Program-made: the position numbers and the translations under genes | The notes under the pieces: model-generated | What the model saw: the letters and a program-made list of their open reading frames with translations, nothing else | Told to the model about the DNA's origin: nothing | Database searches by the model: none | DNA from: an uncultured Treponemataceae bacterium | Lineage (GTDB): Bacteria; Spirochaetota; Spirochaetia; Treponematales; Rectinemataceae | DNA length: 64,000 nt | Assembly: GCA_964468155.1 (NCBI GenBank) | Contig: CAYXUF010000002.1 | Coordinates: 37,465 to 101,464 of the forward strand | Direction of reading: 5' to 3' | In this document: positions 9,171-18,593 of the stretch, one piece after another | Position numbering within the stretch: the first letter of the stretch is position 1 | How the letters are laid out: the number at the start of each line of letters is the position of its first letter

Positions 9171-9361
9171 GCATTTCCCCTTATTCTCTGCCGAGCCTTT
9201 CGCCTCGGTTGGATATTTATTTATCAGTATAGCGAGGTGGAGCATTTCAAGGCTCTGAAAGACACGTGAAAGATTATTAACAAGCCGCGCTGAACCCGAG
9301 CTCCGCTGAACCCGAGCTGCGCTTGTGCGCGGGGGGGCGGGAGTGGTATCGTTATGCAGCC

Positions 9362-10756
9362 ATGGCCACACCCAGCGTAAAGAGAATACAGCCTATCACC
9401 AGTGCGCGGCCCATCCAGCACCTGGCCGAACCGCACGTGAGGCCAGGTGTCTTGAATTTTTTCAGACTCATTGCCCCCCTCTATATCCGCGCCGTTTTAG
9501 GTTTTCGATCGGTGAGCCTGCGCAATTCCGAACGTTTCGTGGATGCCTATGACGACTTCTTTGCCGGCAAGATCCGCCTTCTCATAGCCTTCCGGCATCC
9601 TTTCGGCGACGAGGCTCAGGTTATGGGCTACGCCATCGGAAGCCTCCTCGAGCGGGAAGCCCGCTCAAGGGGAATCGCATGGAAGCGCCAACCCCACGCC
9701 CATTTCATCCACGGCTATGAAGTGCCCCTCTGGGCAGGCGCCTTCGAGCGCTGGATCCTTCCTCGGGTGGGGGCTGTCCCCGTCTACCATACGAAATTCG
9801 ACGCGAAGAGCATCGAGAGGATTCGTTCCCTCGTCAAGGATGGGGAATACCCGATAGCCCTCGCGCCCGAAGGCCAGGTTTCCTATACAAGCGAGGGACT
9901 GCCCCGCCTCGAATCGGGGGCGGCGCAGATAGGCGCATGGTGCGTCCACGACCTCGCAAGGGAGGGGCGGCCCGAAAAGGTCGTCATCCTGCCGGTTTCC
10001 GTCCACCACCGCTGGGACGCGGACGCCGAAAAGCCCCTGGACGGGCTTATCGGCCGCATCGAGGCTGAATGCGGGGCGCCGCCCGCTTCCGGCGCCGCGT
10101 CTGTCGCGAGCCACTTCGAGCGGCTTTCGGCGGCCGCCGACGCCATCCTCGCTTCAGCCGAGCGCCATTACTCGCGGTTCTGCGGGGCGAGCCTGCCGAA
10201 GCCCGGCAGTTCGACGCGGGCCCAACGGCTCGAGGATTTGCGCGAGGCGGCGCTCCAGGCAGCCGAACGCGCACTAGGCCTCAAGCCCGACGGCGACGCC
10301 ATCCGGCGCGTCTACAAGATCCGCCAGACGGGCTGGGACAGGATTTTCCGCGATGACATCCCCGCCCCCGAGACCCTTCCAGGCCTCGAGCGAGGCCTTG
10401 CCGACCGCGCCGCGGGCGAGGCCTGGTACGCATCCCGCCACATGGAGCTTGTCGACCTCGCCTGGTACCTCGACTTCGACCGCCTCAGGAAAGATGACCC
10501 CCTGGAACTCTACATAGAGACAGCCCAAAACTACTGGGACCTCATCTCCCGCCTCAAGGGCGGCAACCTCTCCGACAGGATCGCCGTACGCGGCAAGCGA
10601 GCCATTCTCGTGGTCGGCGAACCCATCCCCGTCACCGAAAGGCTCGCGGCCTTCGGCTCGACACGGAAAGCCGCGATCGAGTCCCTGAACGAGGAACTGA
10701 AACGCTCCTTCATCGCCTGCATACAAGAAATTAGGGAGGATAGAAAAAATGGCTGA
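9362..10756 (+). CDS. PlsC-family (lysophospholipid/glycerol-3-phosphate-type) acyltransferase, long form
   Basis: Acyltransferase blocks FRHPFGDE (H..D catalytic block) and ALAPEGQVS (PEG block). Start placed at the ATG at 9362; the upstream part of ORF 9323.. is less likely coding. Confidence 0.7.
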   Translation: MATPSVKRIQPITSARPIQHLAEPHVRPGVLNFFRLIAPLYIRAVLGFRSVSLRNSERFVDAYDDFFAGKIRLLIAFRHPFGDEAQVMGYAIGSLLEREARSRGIAWKRQPHAHFIHGYEVPLWAGAFERWILPRVGAVPVYHTKFDAKSIERIRSLVKDGEYPIALAPEGQVSYTSEGLPRLESGAAQIGAWCVHDLAREGRPEKVVILPVSVHHRWDADAEKPLDGLIGRIEAECGAPPASGAASVASHFERLSAAADAILASAERHYSRFCGASLPKPGSSTRAQRLEDLREAALQAAERALGLKPDGDAIRRVYKIRQTGWDRIFRDDIPAPETLPGLERGLADRAAGEAWYASRHMELVDLAWYLDFDRLRKDDPLELYIETAQNYWDLISRLKGGNLSDRIAVRGKRAILVVGEPIPVTERLAAFGSTRKAAIESLNEELKRSFIACIQEIREDRKNG

Positions 10757-12146
10757 GAAAAAACTGCCCCTGCGCACAAAACTCGGGTACGGCGTCTGCG
10801 ACTTGGGCGGAAACCTCTTCTTCACCGTCGGGGCCTTCATCGTGATGAAATACCTCACCGACGTCGTGGGCCTCGAACCCTGGCTGGCCGGCCTTTCCCT
10901 CTCCGTCGGCCGCGTCTTCGACGCCTTCTCCGACCCCATCGTCGGCAGCCTCTCGGACCGCACGAAGACCCGCTTCGGCCGACGCAGGCCATATATGTTC
11001 GTGGGAGCCATCCTCCTCTTCGCGACGATGGCCTTTTTCTTCACCAATCCCCGGCTGAAGGACCAGAATGCCCTCTTCATCTGGGCTTCCGTCGGCTACA
11101 CCCTCCTCGCCGCCGTCGCCTACACCCTCGTCAACATTCCCTACTCCTCCCTCACCCCCGAGCTCACCCAGGACTACAACGAGCGCACCTCCCTGAACGG
11201 CTACCGCTTCACCTTCGCCATCGTGGGCACCCTCCTCGGCGCCGGCGCGGCCCTTCCCCTCATCTCGGCCGTCTCGGGCGCGGCCATTGTCGACAACCGC
11301 TGGGTCGGCGACCCGAGCAGGGGATACTCGGTGATGGGCATAGTCTTCGGCGCAGCCATGGCCATCACGGCCCTCATCACCGTATTCTCCGTGAAGGAAA
11401 CGACGGCCCACATCGAGCGCCCCAAGGCCGGCTTCAAGAACATTCTCAAGGATTATCTGTCCACCTTCACCAACAGGCCCTTCCTCCTCATCCTCTTTCC
11501 CTGGGTCCTGCAGATAGCGGGCGTCACCATCCTCTCCACCGTCCTCCAGTACTACTTCACCAACGTCCTGGGCCAGTCCGACAAGGTGACGATGGCCATG
11601 CTCATTCTCCTCGTCGTGGCCATAGCCTTTATCCCGGTCTGGACGGCGATTTCGAAGCGCATCGGCAAGAAGTGGAGCTTCGTCATAGGCATGCTCGAAA
11701 TCGCCGTCTCCGTCATGCTCATCTTCCTCGCCGGCCCCTCGGCTTCAATGACGACCCTCTACCTCCTCATCGCCGTCTGCGGCATAGGTTTCTCCACGGG
11801 CTACGCCCTCCCCTGGTCCATCATCCCCGACGCGATCGACTACGACTTCCTCAAGACGGGCCAAAACCGCGAGGGTCTGTATTACGGCATCTGGACCTTC
11901 GCCTCCAAGCTGGGACAGGCTCTGTCGGCCCTGATCATCGGCGCCCTCCTGAGCCTGACGAAGTATGATGGGACGATAGCCCTGCAGAATCCCGACGCCC
12001 AGCTCGTCATCCGCCTGCTTTTCGGCCCCATCGGCGCCTTCTTCTACGTGGCTGCGGCGGCCGTCCTCGTCTTCTATCCCATCACGGCAGAAAAGCACGC
12101 CGAAATCCGCAGGCAGATCGCCGAAAGGGATGCGGTCAAGGAATAG
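10749..12146 (+). CDS. GPH-family (glycoside-pentoside-hexuronide / MFSD2-like) cation symporter
   Basis: GYGVCDLGGNLFF and GRVFDAFSDPIVGSLSDRTKTRFGRRRPYM are GPH signatures; 12 TM-like segments. The start overlaps the acyltransferase stop by 8 nt. Confidence 0.8.
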   Translation: MAEKKLPLRTKLGYGVCDLGGNLFFTVGAFIVMKYLTDVVGLEPWLAGLSLSVGRVFDAFSDPIVGSLSDRTKTRFGRRRPYMFVGAILLFATMAFFFTNPRLKDQNALFIWASVGYTLLAAVAYTLVNIPYSSLTPELTQDYNERTSLNGYRFTFAIVGTLLGAGAALPLISAVSGAAIVDNRWVGDPSRGYSVMGIVFGAAMAITALITVFSVKETTAHIERPKAGFKNILKDYLSTFTNRPFLLILFPWVLQIAGVTILSTVLQYYFTNVLGQSDKVTMAMLILLVVAIAFIPVWTAISKRIGKKWSFVIGMLEIAVSVMLIFLAGPSASMTTLYLLIAVCGIGFSTGYALPWSIIPDAIDYDFLKTGQNREGLYYGIWTFASKLGQALSALIIGALLSLTKYDGTIALQNPDAQLVIRLLFGPIGAFFYVAAAAVLVFYPITAEKHAEIRRQIAERDAVKE

Positions 12147-12147
12147 C

Positions 12148-13314
12148 ATGGGCAACATCGTCTTCATCGGCCTCGTGAGCTTTTTCGCCGACCTCAGCGC
12201 CGAGATGGTCTACCCCCTCATCCCCCTCTACCTGACGGCGGTGTTCGGGGCCACCCCAGCCCTGGTCGGCCTGATCGAAGGCATAGCGGAGAGCCTCGCG
12301 AGCCTCCTCAAGGTGTTCTCGGGCTATGCCACCGACAAATACAGGAAGAAAAAGCCCATAGCCTTTTTCGGCTACGCCACAGGCCTCGTCTACAAGCTCG
12401 CCCTCATCCTCGCCGGCTCCTGGCTGGGCATTCTCGGGGCGAGAGTGATCGACCGCTTCGGCAAGGGCATCCGCACCACGCCCCGCGACGTCCTCGTCAG
12501 CGAAAGCAGCGATTCGGCCAAACTGGGCCACTCCTTCGGCCTGCACAAGGCTCTCGACATGGCGGGCTCGGCGGCGGGCATCCTCGCCGCCTACTTCATT
12601 CTGCGTGCAGGGAAGGGAAACTACGACTACAAGCGCATCTTTCTCCTGTCGGCCATCCCCGCCCTCCTTTCCCTCTTCATGTTCATCTTCATCAAGGAGA
12701 CGGGAAAGCCGCGTACGTCCAAGGCGCCCCTCCAGGTATTCAAGGGCATCAGGAACCTCGACGCGCGGCTCAAGCTCTACCTCGCCGTCGTCTTCATATT
12801 CACGCTCGGAAACTCCTCGAACACCTTCCTTCTCCTGAGGGCGCAGAATGTCGGCTTCGATTCGGCGACGGTCGTCCTCCTCTATTTCCTCTACAACGTC
12901 GTGTCCTCCCTTCTCGCCATCCCGCTGGGGAGGCTCTCGGACAGGCTGGGGCGGAAGCGCATCCTGGTGGGCGGTTACCTCACCTTCGCGATTGTGTACG
13001 GGGCCTTCGCCTGGGCGCCGAACAAGGCTGCCGTCATAGGGGCCTTTGCCCTCTACGGCCTCTTCACGGCGATGACGGCGGGCGTCGAGCGCGCCTTCAT
13101 CGCGGAGATCGCGCCTACGGATCTTAAAGGGACTATGCTCGGCCTGCATTCGACGATCGTGGGCATAGCCCTCCTGCCGGCGAGCGTCATCGCGGGCCTC
13201 CTGTGGAGCGCCTTCGGGCCTGTGGCGCCCTTCGCCCTGGGGGCGAGTCTCTCCATGGCGGCAGCCCTCATTCTCGGTTTCGGGCTGAAAAGACCCTCCT
13301 CTGTTTCGATTTGA
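12148..13314 (+). CDS. MFS transporter
   Basis: 12-TM pattern and an MFS loop motif GRLSDRLGRKRIL. The ATG lies 1 nt after the upstream stop. Confidence 0.8.
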   Translation: MGNIVFIGLVSFFADLSAEMVYPLIPLYLTAVFGATPALVGLIEGIAESLASLLKVFSGYATDKYRKKKPIAFFGYATGLVYKLALILAGSWLGILGARVIDRFGKGIRTTPRDVLVSESSDSAKLGHSFGLHKALDMAGSAAGILAAYFILRAGKGNYDYKRIFLLSAIPALLSLFMFIFIKETGKPRTSKAPLQVFKGIRNLDARLKLYLAVVFIFTLGNSSNTFLLLRAQNVGFDSATVVLLYFLYNVVSSLLAIPLGRLSDRLGRKRILVGGYLTFAIVYGAFAWAPNKAAVIGAFALYGLFTAMTAGVERAFIAEIAPTDLKGTMLGLHSTIVGIALLPASVIAGLLWSAFGPVAPFALGASLSMAAALILGFGLKRPSSVSI

Positions 13315-13448
13315 AACAAAAAACCGTCCCTGCATAAAAGCCCTGTTTCTCCCCGAAACGGAGGGAAGGACAGGGTTCTGCCTCACAAATATAACGCTGC
13401 TATTTATTGCATATAAAGAAATTAGCCTTCCTTTTCCGCATCGATTTT

Positions 13449-13464
13449 TGGCACGCTTTTTGCA
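13449..13464 (+). promoter_or_regulatory. Sigma-54 (-24/-12) promoter candidate upstream of tandem hsp20 genes
   Basis: TGGCACGCTTTTTGCA matches TGGCAC-N5-TTGCA with correct GG-to-GC spacing, about 50 nt upstream of the hsp20 ATG. The inverted repeat TTTGAAC-N6-GTTCAAA (13473-13492) lies between promoter and RBS. Confidence 0.5.
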
Positions 13465-13515
13465 TGATTGTTTTTGAACCTTAGCGTTCAAAACCATTCC
13501 ACAAGGAGGTATGCC

Positions 13516-13974
13516 ATGGAACTTGTACCCTGGAACCGGAATGTCCCCCACGATCTTTGGGACGCATTCGATGATCTGCGCAGCGAGATGGAGCGCTCCT
13601 TTGGAGGCTTCCGCCTTCCCGACGCCACGGGGCTCCTCGACAGAACAGGCTCGCCCGCCATCGACGTCATCGAAACCAGCGACGAGATACTCGTCATGGC
13701 CGATCTGCCCGGCATCAGCAAGGAAGATCTCGAGCTGAACCTCGCCGGCACCCTGCTCACGATCAAGGGCAGCAAGAAGAACGAACAGAACTCCGACAAG
13801 CGCAGAATTTTCCGCAAGGAAACCTGGGCGGGCAGCTTCGCGAGGACGATAGAGCTTCCGGCCAACATTGACAGCGAAAAAGTGGATGCCCAGCTCAAGG
13901 ACGGAGTATTGTCCGTGCACATCAGCAAGCGTGAGGAAGCCAAGACCAAGGCGATTTCGGTAAGGGTTGGGTGA
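13516..13974 (+). CDS. Hsp20/alpha-crystallin small heat-shock protein
   Basis: AAGGAGG RBS and the ATG at 13516. Alpha-crystallin domain (PAIDVIETSDEILVMADLPG ... DGVLSVHISK). Confidence 0.9.
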   Translation: MELVPWNRNVPHDLWDAFDDLRSEMERSFGGFRLPDATGLLDRTGSPAIDVIETSDEILVMADLPGISKEDLELNLAGTLLTIKGSKKNEQNSDKRRIFRKETWAGSFARTIELPANIDSEKVDAQLKDGVLSVHISKREEAKTKAISVRVG

Positions 13975-13985
13975 GGAGGAAGACG

Positions 13986-14336
13986 ATGAACAAGAATGCC
14001 GTTTCAACCAATGAAAGGATGCTCATTCCGGCCTGTTCCATCGACGAGGATGTCGGCGTGGTCACCCTCAAGCTCGAAATGCCCGGTGTCGCCAAGGAAG
14101 GGCTGGAAGTGAGCGTGGAGGCGAACACCCTCACCATTGAAGGGCGCAGGACAGCGAATCATCCTTCAGGCGACTGGCTGCTCCGCGAAAGGCCCGTCGG
14201 CAGCTACAGGAAGGTGTTCACGATCGACGAAACCATCGACAGGGAAAAGATCGAAGCCCTGCTCGCCGACGGGATACTCACCGTCAAGCTCCACATCCAG
14301 GAGGCGGCCAAGCCGCGCAGGATAGCGATCAATTGA
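13986..14336 (+). CDS. Hsp20/alpha-crystallin small heat-shock protein (second, shorter paralogue)
   Basis: GGAGG RBS and the ATG at 13986. Alpha-crystallin pattern VVTLKLEMPGV ... DGILTVKLH. Confidence 0.85.
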   Translation: MNKNAVSTNERMLIPACSIDEDVGVVTLKLEMPGVAKEGLEVSVEANTLTIEGRRTANHPSGDWLLRERPVGSYRKVFTIDETIDREKIEALLADGILTVKLHIQEAAKPRRIAIN

Positions 14337-14348
14337 GAACGGATGCGG

Positions 14349-15575
14349 TCATCGGCCATAGGCAAGGCTGATGACCGCTCCTGTCTCCCTTTCGAGATTT
14401 CCCGCATCGCAATCGATAATCTTCATCTCTTGCCTGCCCAGAACCTCTATATCCTTCATGCCCGACCCTGTAAGCATCACGACAACCCGCGCCCGGGATG
14501 GAATCGCTCCCGAAGCGGCAAGCCTGCGCAGGGCGGGCAGGGTCGTGGCCGTGCCGGGCTCGACGAAGAAACCGGATCGGGCGCAGAGAGCCTGGGCTTC
14601 CAGTATCTCCTCTTCCGTCGCGACCTCCGCGAGCCAGCCGAATTCCAGGGCTTTGTCGAGGATTTCCTCGCCCCCGGGCGGCCGGCCCGAGGTCAGGGCC
14701 TCGGCGATAGTCGTAAAATCCCTGAACGGCACGATCTCCCTGCTCCCCTTCCTGATGGCGCTCGCCACGGGGCTGTTCGCCGCAGCCTGGGCGATGACCA
14801 TGCGAGGGAGCCGCGAAATAAGGCCAGCGGAGCGAAGCTCGCGAAAGCCCTTGAAGATGCCGCGGACATGGCCGCAGGCCGATGTCGGCACGACGATGAA
14901 ATCGGGGGCCTCGCCGCCGAGATTCTCGAAGAGCTCGAAGGCTTCCATCGTGTAGCCCTCAACCCGTATCGGTCCATTGCCGGAGACGATGCGAAGACCC
15001 AGTTTGGAGGCGAGCCCCAGAACCCTCATCTTGATGTCGGCGTAATCGGCGCCGCCCACGCGGACGATGGTCGCCCCATGGACGGCCATGGAAAGGACTT
15101 TTTCGCGGGGGACAAAGGCGGGCAGAAAGACGATGACCCCGAGGCCGGCCCGCGCCCCGTAGGCCGCCATGGACTGGCCCATGTTGCCCGTGGAGATGGT
15201 GGCGGTGATCCGTTCTCCCCGCTCGACGGCCATAATGGAGCAGGCGATCGAGCCCCTGTCCTTGAAGCTCCAGGAGGGATTCGCCGTCTCGTTCTTGAGG
15301 AGGAGGTTTTCCACTCCGGCGTACGCTTTCAGGGAAGGTCCGGCATCGACGAGAGGGGTCGAGCCTTCGCCGAGGGAGAGTTCGGGATGGGTCCCCTCGA
15401 AGGGCATGAACTCGGCGAAGCGGTCCCAGATTCGCTCACCTGGCCGTGGACGGGCTTTCTCGATGCCCGGAAGGACGACTTCGAGCGATTCGCCGTTGTC
15501 GGCAAATTCCTCGAGCCTTTCGAAGGGGTATTCGATGCCGCTCAGGGTCGATCGGAGAAAAGGAGCCTTTTTCAT
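14349..15575 (-). CDS. Threonine-synthase-like PLP-dependent enzyme (tryptophan-synthase beta superfamily)
   Basis: PLP-lysine motif NPSWSFKDRGS and glycine loop TSACGH. Start trimmed to the ATG at 15575 (MKKAPFLRS), 8 nt below the rSAM stop. Confidence 0.8.
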   Translation of the reverse strand: MKKAPFLRSTLSGIEYPFERLEEFADNGESLEVVLPGIEKARPRPGERIWDRFAEFMPFEGTHPELSLGEGSTPLVDAGPSLKAYAGVENLLLKNETANPSWSFKDRGSIACSIMAVERGERITATISTGNMGQSMAAYGARAGLGVIVFLPAFVPREKVLSMAVHGATIVRVGGADYADIKMRVLGLASKLGLRIVSGNGPIRVEGYTMEAFELFENLGGEAPDFIVVPTSACGHVRGIFKGFRELRSAGLISRLPRMVIAQAAANSPVASAIRKGSREIVPFRDFTTIAEALTSGRPPGGEEILDKALEFGWLAEVATEEEILEAQALCARSGFFVEPGTATTLPALRRLAASGAIPSRARVVVMLTGSGMKDIEVLGRQEMKIIDCDAGNLERETGAVISLAYGR

Positions 15576-15582
15576 CGTTCCA

Positions 15583-17916
15583 TCATACCACGACGAGGCC
15601 CGAGGCAAGGAGCTCGGCCATGGCAGCCGCAGGCAATCCGAGACGGGCTTCCAGTTCGGCGTAGGGTATTCCCGACAGCGAAAGCTCGGGGGACGAGAGG
15701 AGGCTGGCGGCCGCTTCAGCCGCAGCCATGAGCGGAAGCTCGATCGAATAGCGCTCGCCGCGGCAGGTCCAGACCAGGGAGGAGGCGCCACGTTCAGCCG
15801 CCGAGCCCTGACCGGCTTTGGTCAGCATCGGCCGGCCGGCGACCCAGTGCGCCCGCCCTTTCGGGGAAGGCGGCTCGCTGTCGAGCGCCACTTCAGCCTT
15901 GGCGATGAGGGATTCCACATGGTCGAAAGCGATCGAAGCCTTGGGCGTACCGCGGCCGAACCAGGCCGCAACCGGTTTTTCCAGATTGACGCCCTCCATC
16001 CAGGCGGCCAGGGCGGCCGCGAGGGGAGCGTCGAACCGATCAAAAAGCTTTTCGCCCTCGAAGGAGAGGTCGTTGTTGGCGAAGCGCCATTCCCTGTCCA
16101 AGGGCTTGAGCTCGGGGCGCTTGCCATCCCTCCATTCCCTGTGCATGCGCGAATGCCGCGTGAGGACAAAGCGGTGCCAGAATGCCGAATCGACGAGCCC
16201 CGAGGCGAAAAGCTGGCGGCAGAACTCGGCCGAGTCGACAATGTCGGAAACTCTCTGCCCCGGGAAGCCGTAGATGAGGTAGGCGTGCACCAGGAGGCCG
16301 GCCCTCTTCATAGCCACGAGAGTGCGGACCAGGCTCGCAAGGTCGAAACCCTTGTCGGTCATGGCGAGGCCGCGCTCGGTGGCTATCTCGATGCCCCCGG
16401 AGACGGCGACAAGGCCCGAGGCGGCTAGGAACTCGCATCGGCCTTGGGTCCAGGAGGCGTCGAAGCGGACATTGCCCCAGAAGGAAAATGGCCTGGCGCC
16501 TTTCGCCGCCCGCTCGCGGTTGGCGCGGGCGAAGGCAAGGAGGGAGGCCATGGGCATGGCTTCGTCGACGAAATGGATGCCGTAGAGCCCCGTCCGCGCG
16601 CTGGCCGTGTCGGCTGCGGCGAGGAGGCCTTCTATCTTTGTCGGCGCGAAATCCGCCACGTATTCAAGCTCCGTATCGCAGAAAGAGCAGCGGCGCCAGT
16701 AGCAGCCGTGCGCGAGGCTGTATTTCAGCCAGGGCGTGTCCGACCAGAGCCGGTGCATGGGGTTTTCCGAGTCCACGATCCGCAGATAGTCGCCGAAATC
16801 AGCGCTCCGGTAATCGGGGAACACCCCCTTCACCGCCTCGCGCTCGAGCGCCTCGAAACGACGCTCATCAGCGCAGTCCGCGACAAGGCGGCGCGGCCCT
16901 TCCTCGAGGCGCGCCGAATCGCCCACGGGGAATCCCGCCACGATGAGAGCACCGTCGCTTCGGCGGAACATCGTCCTGTACAGGGATTCCTGGCCGCCCT
17001 CCATGATGGAGGCGAGGCTTCCATAGCCGGCGTCGAAGGAAAGGTAGTCACAGAAGTCGAATATGCCTGTATCGCGGAGGCCGCGGAGCTCGGTGGAGAC
17101 ATAGCCGCCGCCGAAGACGATGCGCGGTCGCCGAACCTCGCCAGAAGCCTCGAAAAAGGCCTTGCGTACGGCTTGGGCGCAGGCCAGGGCGCCCAGGAGG
17201 CAGCCGGGGAAGGGTATGGTGACGAGGACAAGATCGATGGCCGCGCCCGGGCCTGCGCCCGCACCAACCTCCTTCAGCCGCGCCGACCAGAACTCATCCA
17301 GCATGGGTGAGTAGAACTCGTTCATAAGCCAGGAATTGGCCAGGCTTGCGCGAACCTCGCCGAAGTCGGCACGGCTCGATGCCAGGCGCTCGGCGTAGCG
17401 CACGGTTCCAAAGGCCGGATCAAGGCTGTAGGCGATGAAGTCGCCCAGATCGTCCAGGATCTTTGTCGCAAGGGATCGCGCCTCGTCGGGGCCGATCCGC
17501 CCGTCCCTTTCCGCGAGGAAGGCTTCGGCGCGGGCGCCACGCGGCAGCTCGACTGCCGAGGCGAGCCGGTGGGCCATCGCGGGATCCCTCCCGGCGAGAA
17601 AACCCACGATGCCGTCGATCCACTCGATGTAGAGAGGTTCGTAGGAGAGATAGCGCTCGACCTGCAGCCTATCGGCCGTTTCGGGGCCTTTGCCCAGAGC
17701 CGCGCGCGCGTCGGAAAACAGCTTCGCAAGCCCCGCCCGCGAGAAGATTCTTCGGTAAAGCCCGATGGAATGGTCATAGGCCTCAGCCGAGGCCTCAGCC
17801 GAGGCCACGGCATCTGCTTGTATGCCCCTGCCGCGCAGGAAGGCCTCGAGGTTATATACAGCCGGGTAGGGAGCGTTGAGCTGGGTAAAGGGAGGCTGGA
17901 TCAGTATCGCTCTCAC
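15583..17916 (-). CDS. Large radical SAM protein with a class-B-like (B12-binding-type) N-terminal region
   Basis: Cys triad GCYWRRCSFCD at aa 405-413 (16678-16704), which is CX4CX2C rather than the canonical CX3CX2C. N-terminus MRAILIQPPF..NAPYP is typical of B12-rSAM N-domains. 777 aa. Confidence 0.8.
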   Translation of the reverse strand: MRAILIQPPFTQLNAPYPAVYNLEAFLRGRGIQADAVASAEASAEAYDHSIGLYRRIFSRAGLAKLFSDARAALGKGPETADRLQVERYLSYEPLYIEWIDGIVGFLAGRDPAMAHRLASAVELPRGARAEAFLAERDGRIGPDEARSLATKILDDLGDFIAYSLDPAFGTVRYAERLASSRADFGEVRASLANSWLMNEFYSPMLDEFWSARLKEVGAGAGPGAAIDLVLVTIPFPGCLLGALACAQAVRKAFFEASGEVRRPRIVFGGGYVSTELRGLRDTGIFDFCDYLSFDAGYGSLASIMEGGQESLYRTMFRRSDGALIVAGFPVGDSARLEEGPRRLVADCADERRFEALEREAVKGVFPDYRSADFGDYLRIVDSENPMHRLWSDTPWLKYSLAHGCYWRRCSFCDTELEYVADFAPTKIEGLLAAADTASARTGLYGIHFVDEAMPMASLLAFARANRERAAKGARPFSFWGNVRFDASWTQGRCEFLAASGLVAVSGGIEIATERGLAMTDKGFDLASLVRTLVAMKRAGLLVHAYLIYGFPGQRVSDIVDSAEFCRQLFASGLVDSAFWHRFVLTRHSRMHREWRDGKRPELKPLDREWRFANNDLSFEGEKLFDRFDAPLAAALAAWMEGVNLEKPVAAWFGRGTPKASIAFDHVESLIAKAEVALDSEPPSPKGRAHWVAGRPMLTKAGQGSAAERGASSLVWTCRGERYSIELPLMAAAEAAASLLSSPELSLSGIPYAELEARLGLPAAAMAELLASGLVVV

Positions 17917-18569
17917 CGCATGCCCTCGACGATGCCCTCGATCTTAGCGACATAGACGGAGCGGTTTTCGGGGGAAAAATCCTTGTCGCCGAAGCCCATC
18001 ACGACGCGCGGCGCGGCCTTGGATTCCTTTGTCATCGCCGCGACGATCTTGTCCGGTTTTGTGTCGCCCGACACCGTCACGAAGGCAGCGGCGGGAAGCC
18101 TGCCCCTGTTGAGCCTCAGCCAGGTTCTCACCGGTGGGCAGAGGCTCCACGACCAGACGGGGCTGAGCACGATGACCCTTCCATATTCAGCGGGGTCCTT
18201 CGTCGGGGGCTGGATGGGGCTTGCTATGCCGAAAGTCCCCTGATAACCGGACTTCATGAAGCTGAACAAGCCCTTCGGCCTGGCGTTTTTCTCAACGATC
18301 GCCTCGATGTCGGCCCCGAAAAGAAGGGCGAGATCCTCGGCCACCCTCTTTGTCGCGCTCCCTTGTGAATAATAGACGACGAGAGTCCGCGCGCCTCCCT
18401 CCTCCGGCCGCAGCGAATCCGTTATCGCGGGCATTTCCCTTCCCGCCGCGCTTGGAGCCGATACGAGGTCGGGAGCGCCTTCCTTGGCCGAAGAGGCGCA
18501 GCCCCAGGCGAGCAAGAGCCCCGCCACGATCGATAGGGCGAATACAAAGTGCTTAAGGTTTTTTTTCAT
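17913..18569 (-). CDS. Flavodoxin-like lipoprotein
   Basis: Lipobox LLLAWGC after MKKNLKHFVFALSIVAG. Flavodoxin-like core TLVVYYSQGSATKRVAEDLA. Its stop overlaps the rSAM start by 4 nt. Confidence 0.65.
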   Translation of the reverse strand: MKKNLKHFVFALSIVAGLLLAWGCASSAKEGAPDLVSAPSAAGREMPAITDSLRPEEGGARTLVVYYSQGSATKRVAEDLALLFGADIEAIVEKNARPKGLFSFMKSGYQGTFGIASPIQPPTKDPAEYGRVIVLSPVWSWSLCPPVRTWLRLNRGRLPAAAFVTVSGDTKPDKIVAAMTKESKAAPRVVMGFGDKDFSPENRSVYVAKIEGIVEGMR

Positions 18570-18593
18570 CGTCTTCCTTCAATTTCCTCGGCT

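Noticed and set aside
9171-9371. Upstream extension of the beta-helix protein ORF (to 9371), and the tandem 16-bp duplication CGCTGAACCCGAGCT at 9287-9318.
   Set aside because: The signal peptide starts at the ATG at 9170, so the extension is intergenic. The duplication has only two units with no spacer structure. It is not a CRISPR or a recognisable regulatory array.
12136-14007. 623-aa ORF on the minus strand, the longest unannotated ORF in the core region.
   Set aside because: It runs antisense to the MFS gene and the first hsp20 gene, both of which have clear family signatures. Its translation is Arg/Glu/Gly/Asp-rich low complexity, typical of the off-frame of high-GC coding DNA. I found no recognisable motif or RBS.
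14343-16428. Plus-strand ORFs of 462 aa (14343..15731) and 419 aa (15169..16428).
   Set aside because: They are antisense to the ThrC-like and radical SAM genes, which carry diagnostic motifs (SFKDRG and the Cys triad). Their composition is Arg/Gly/Pro-biased.
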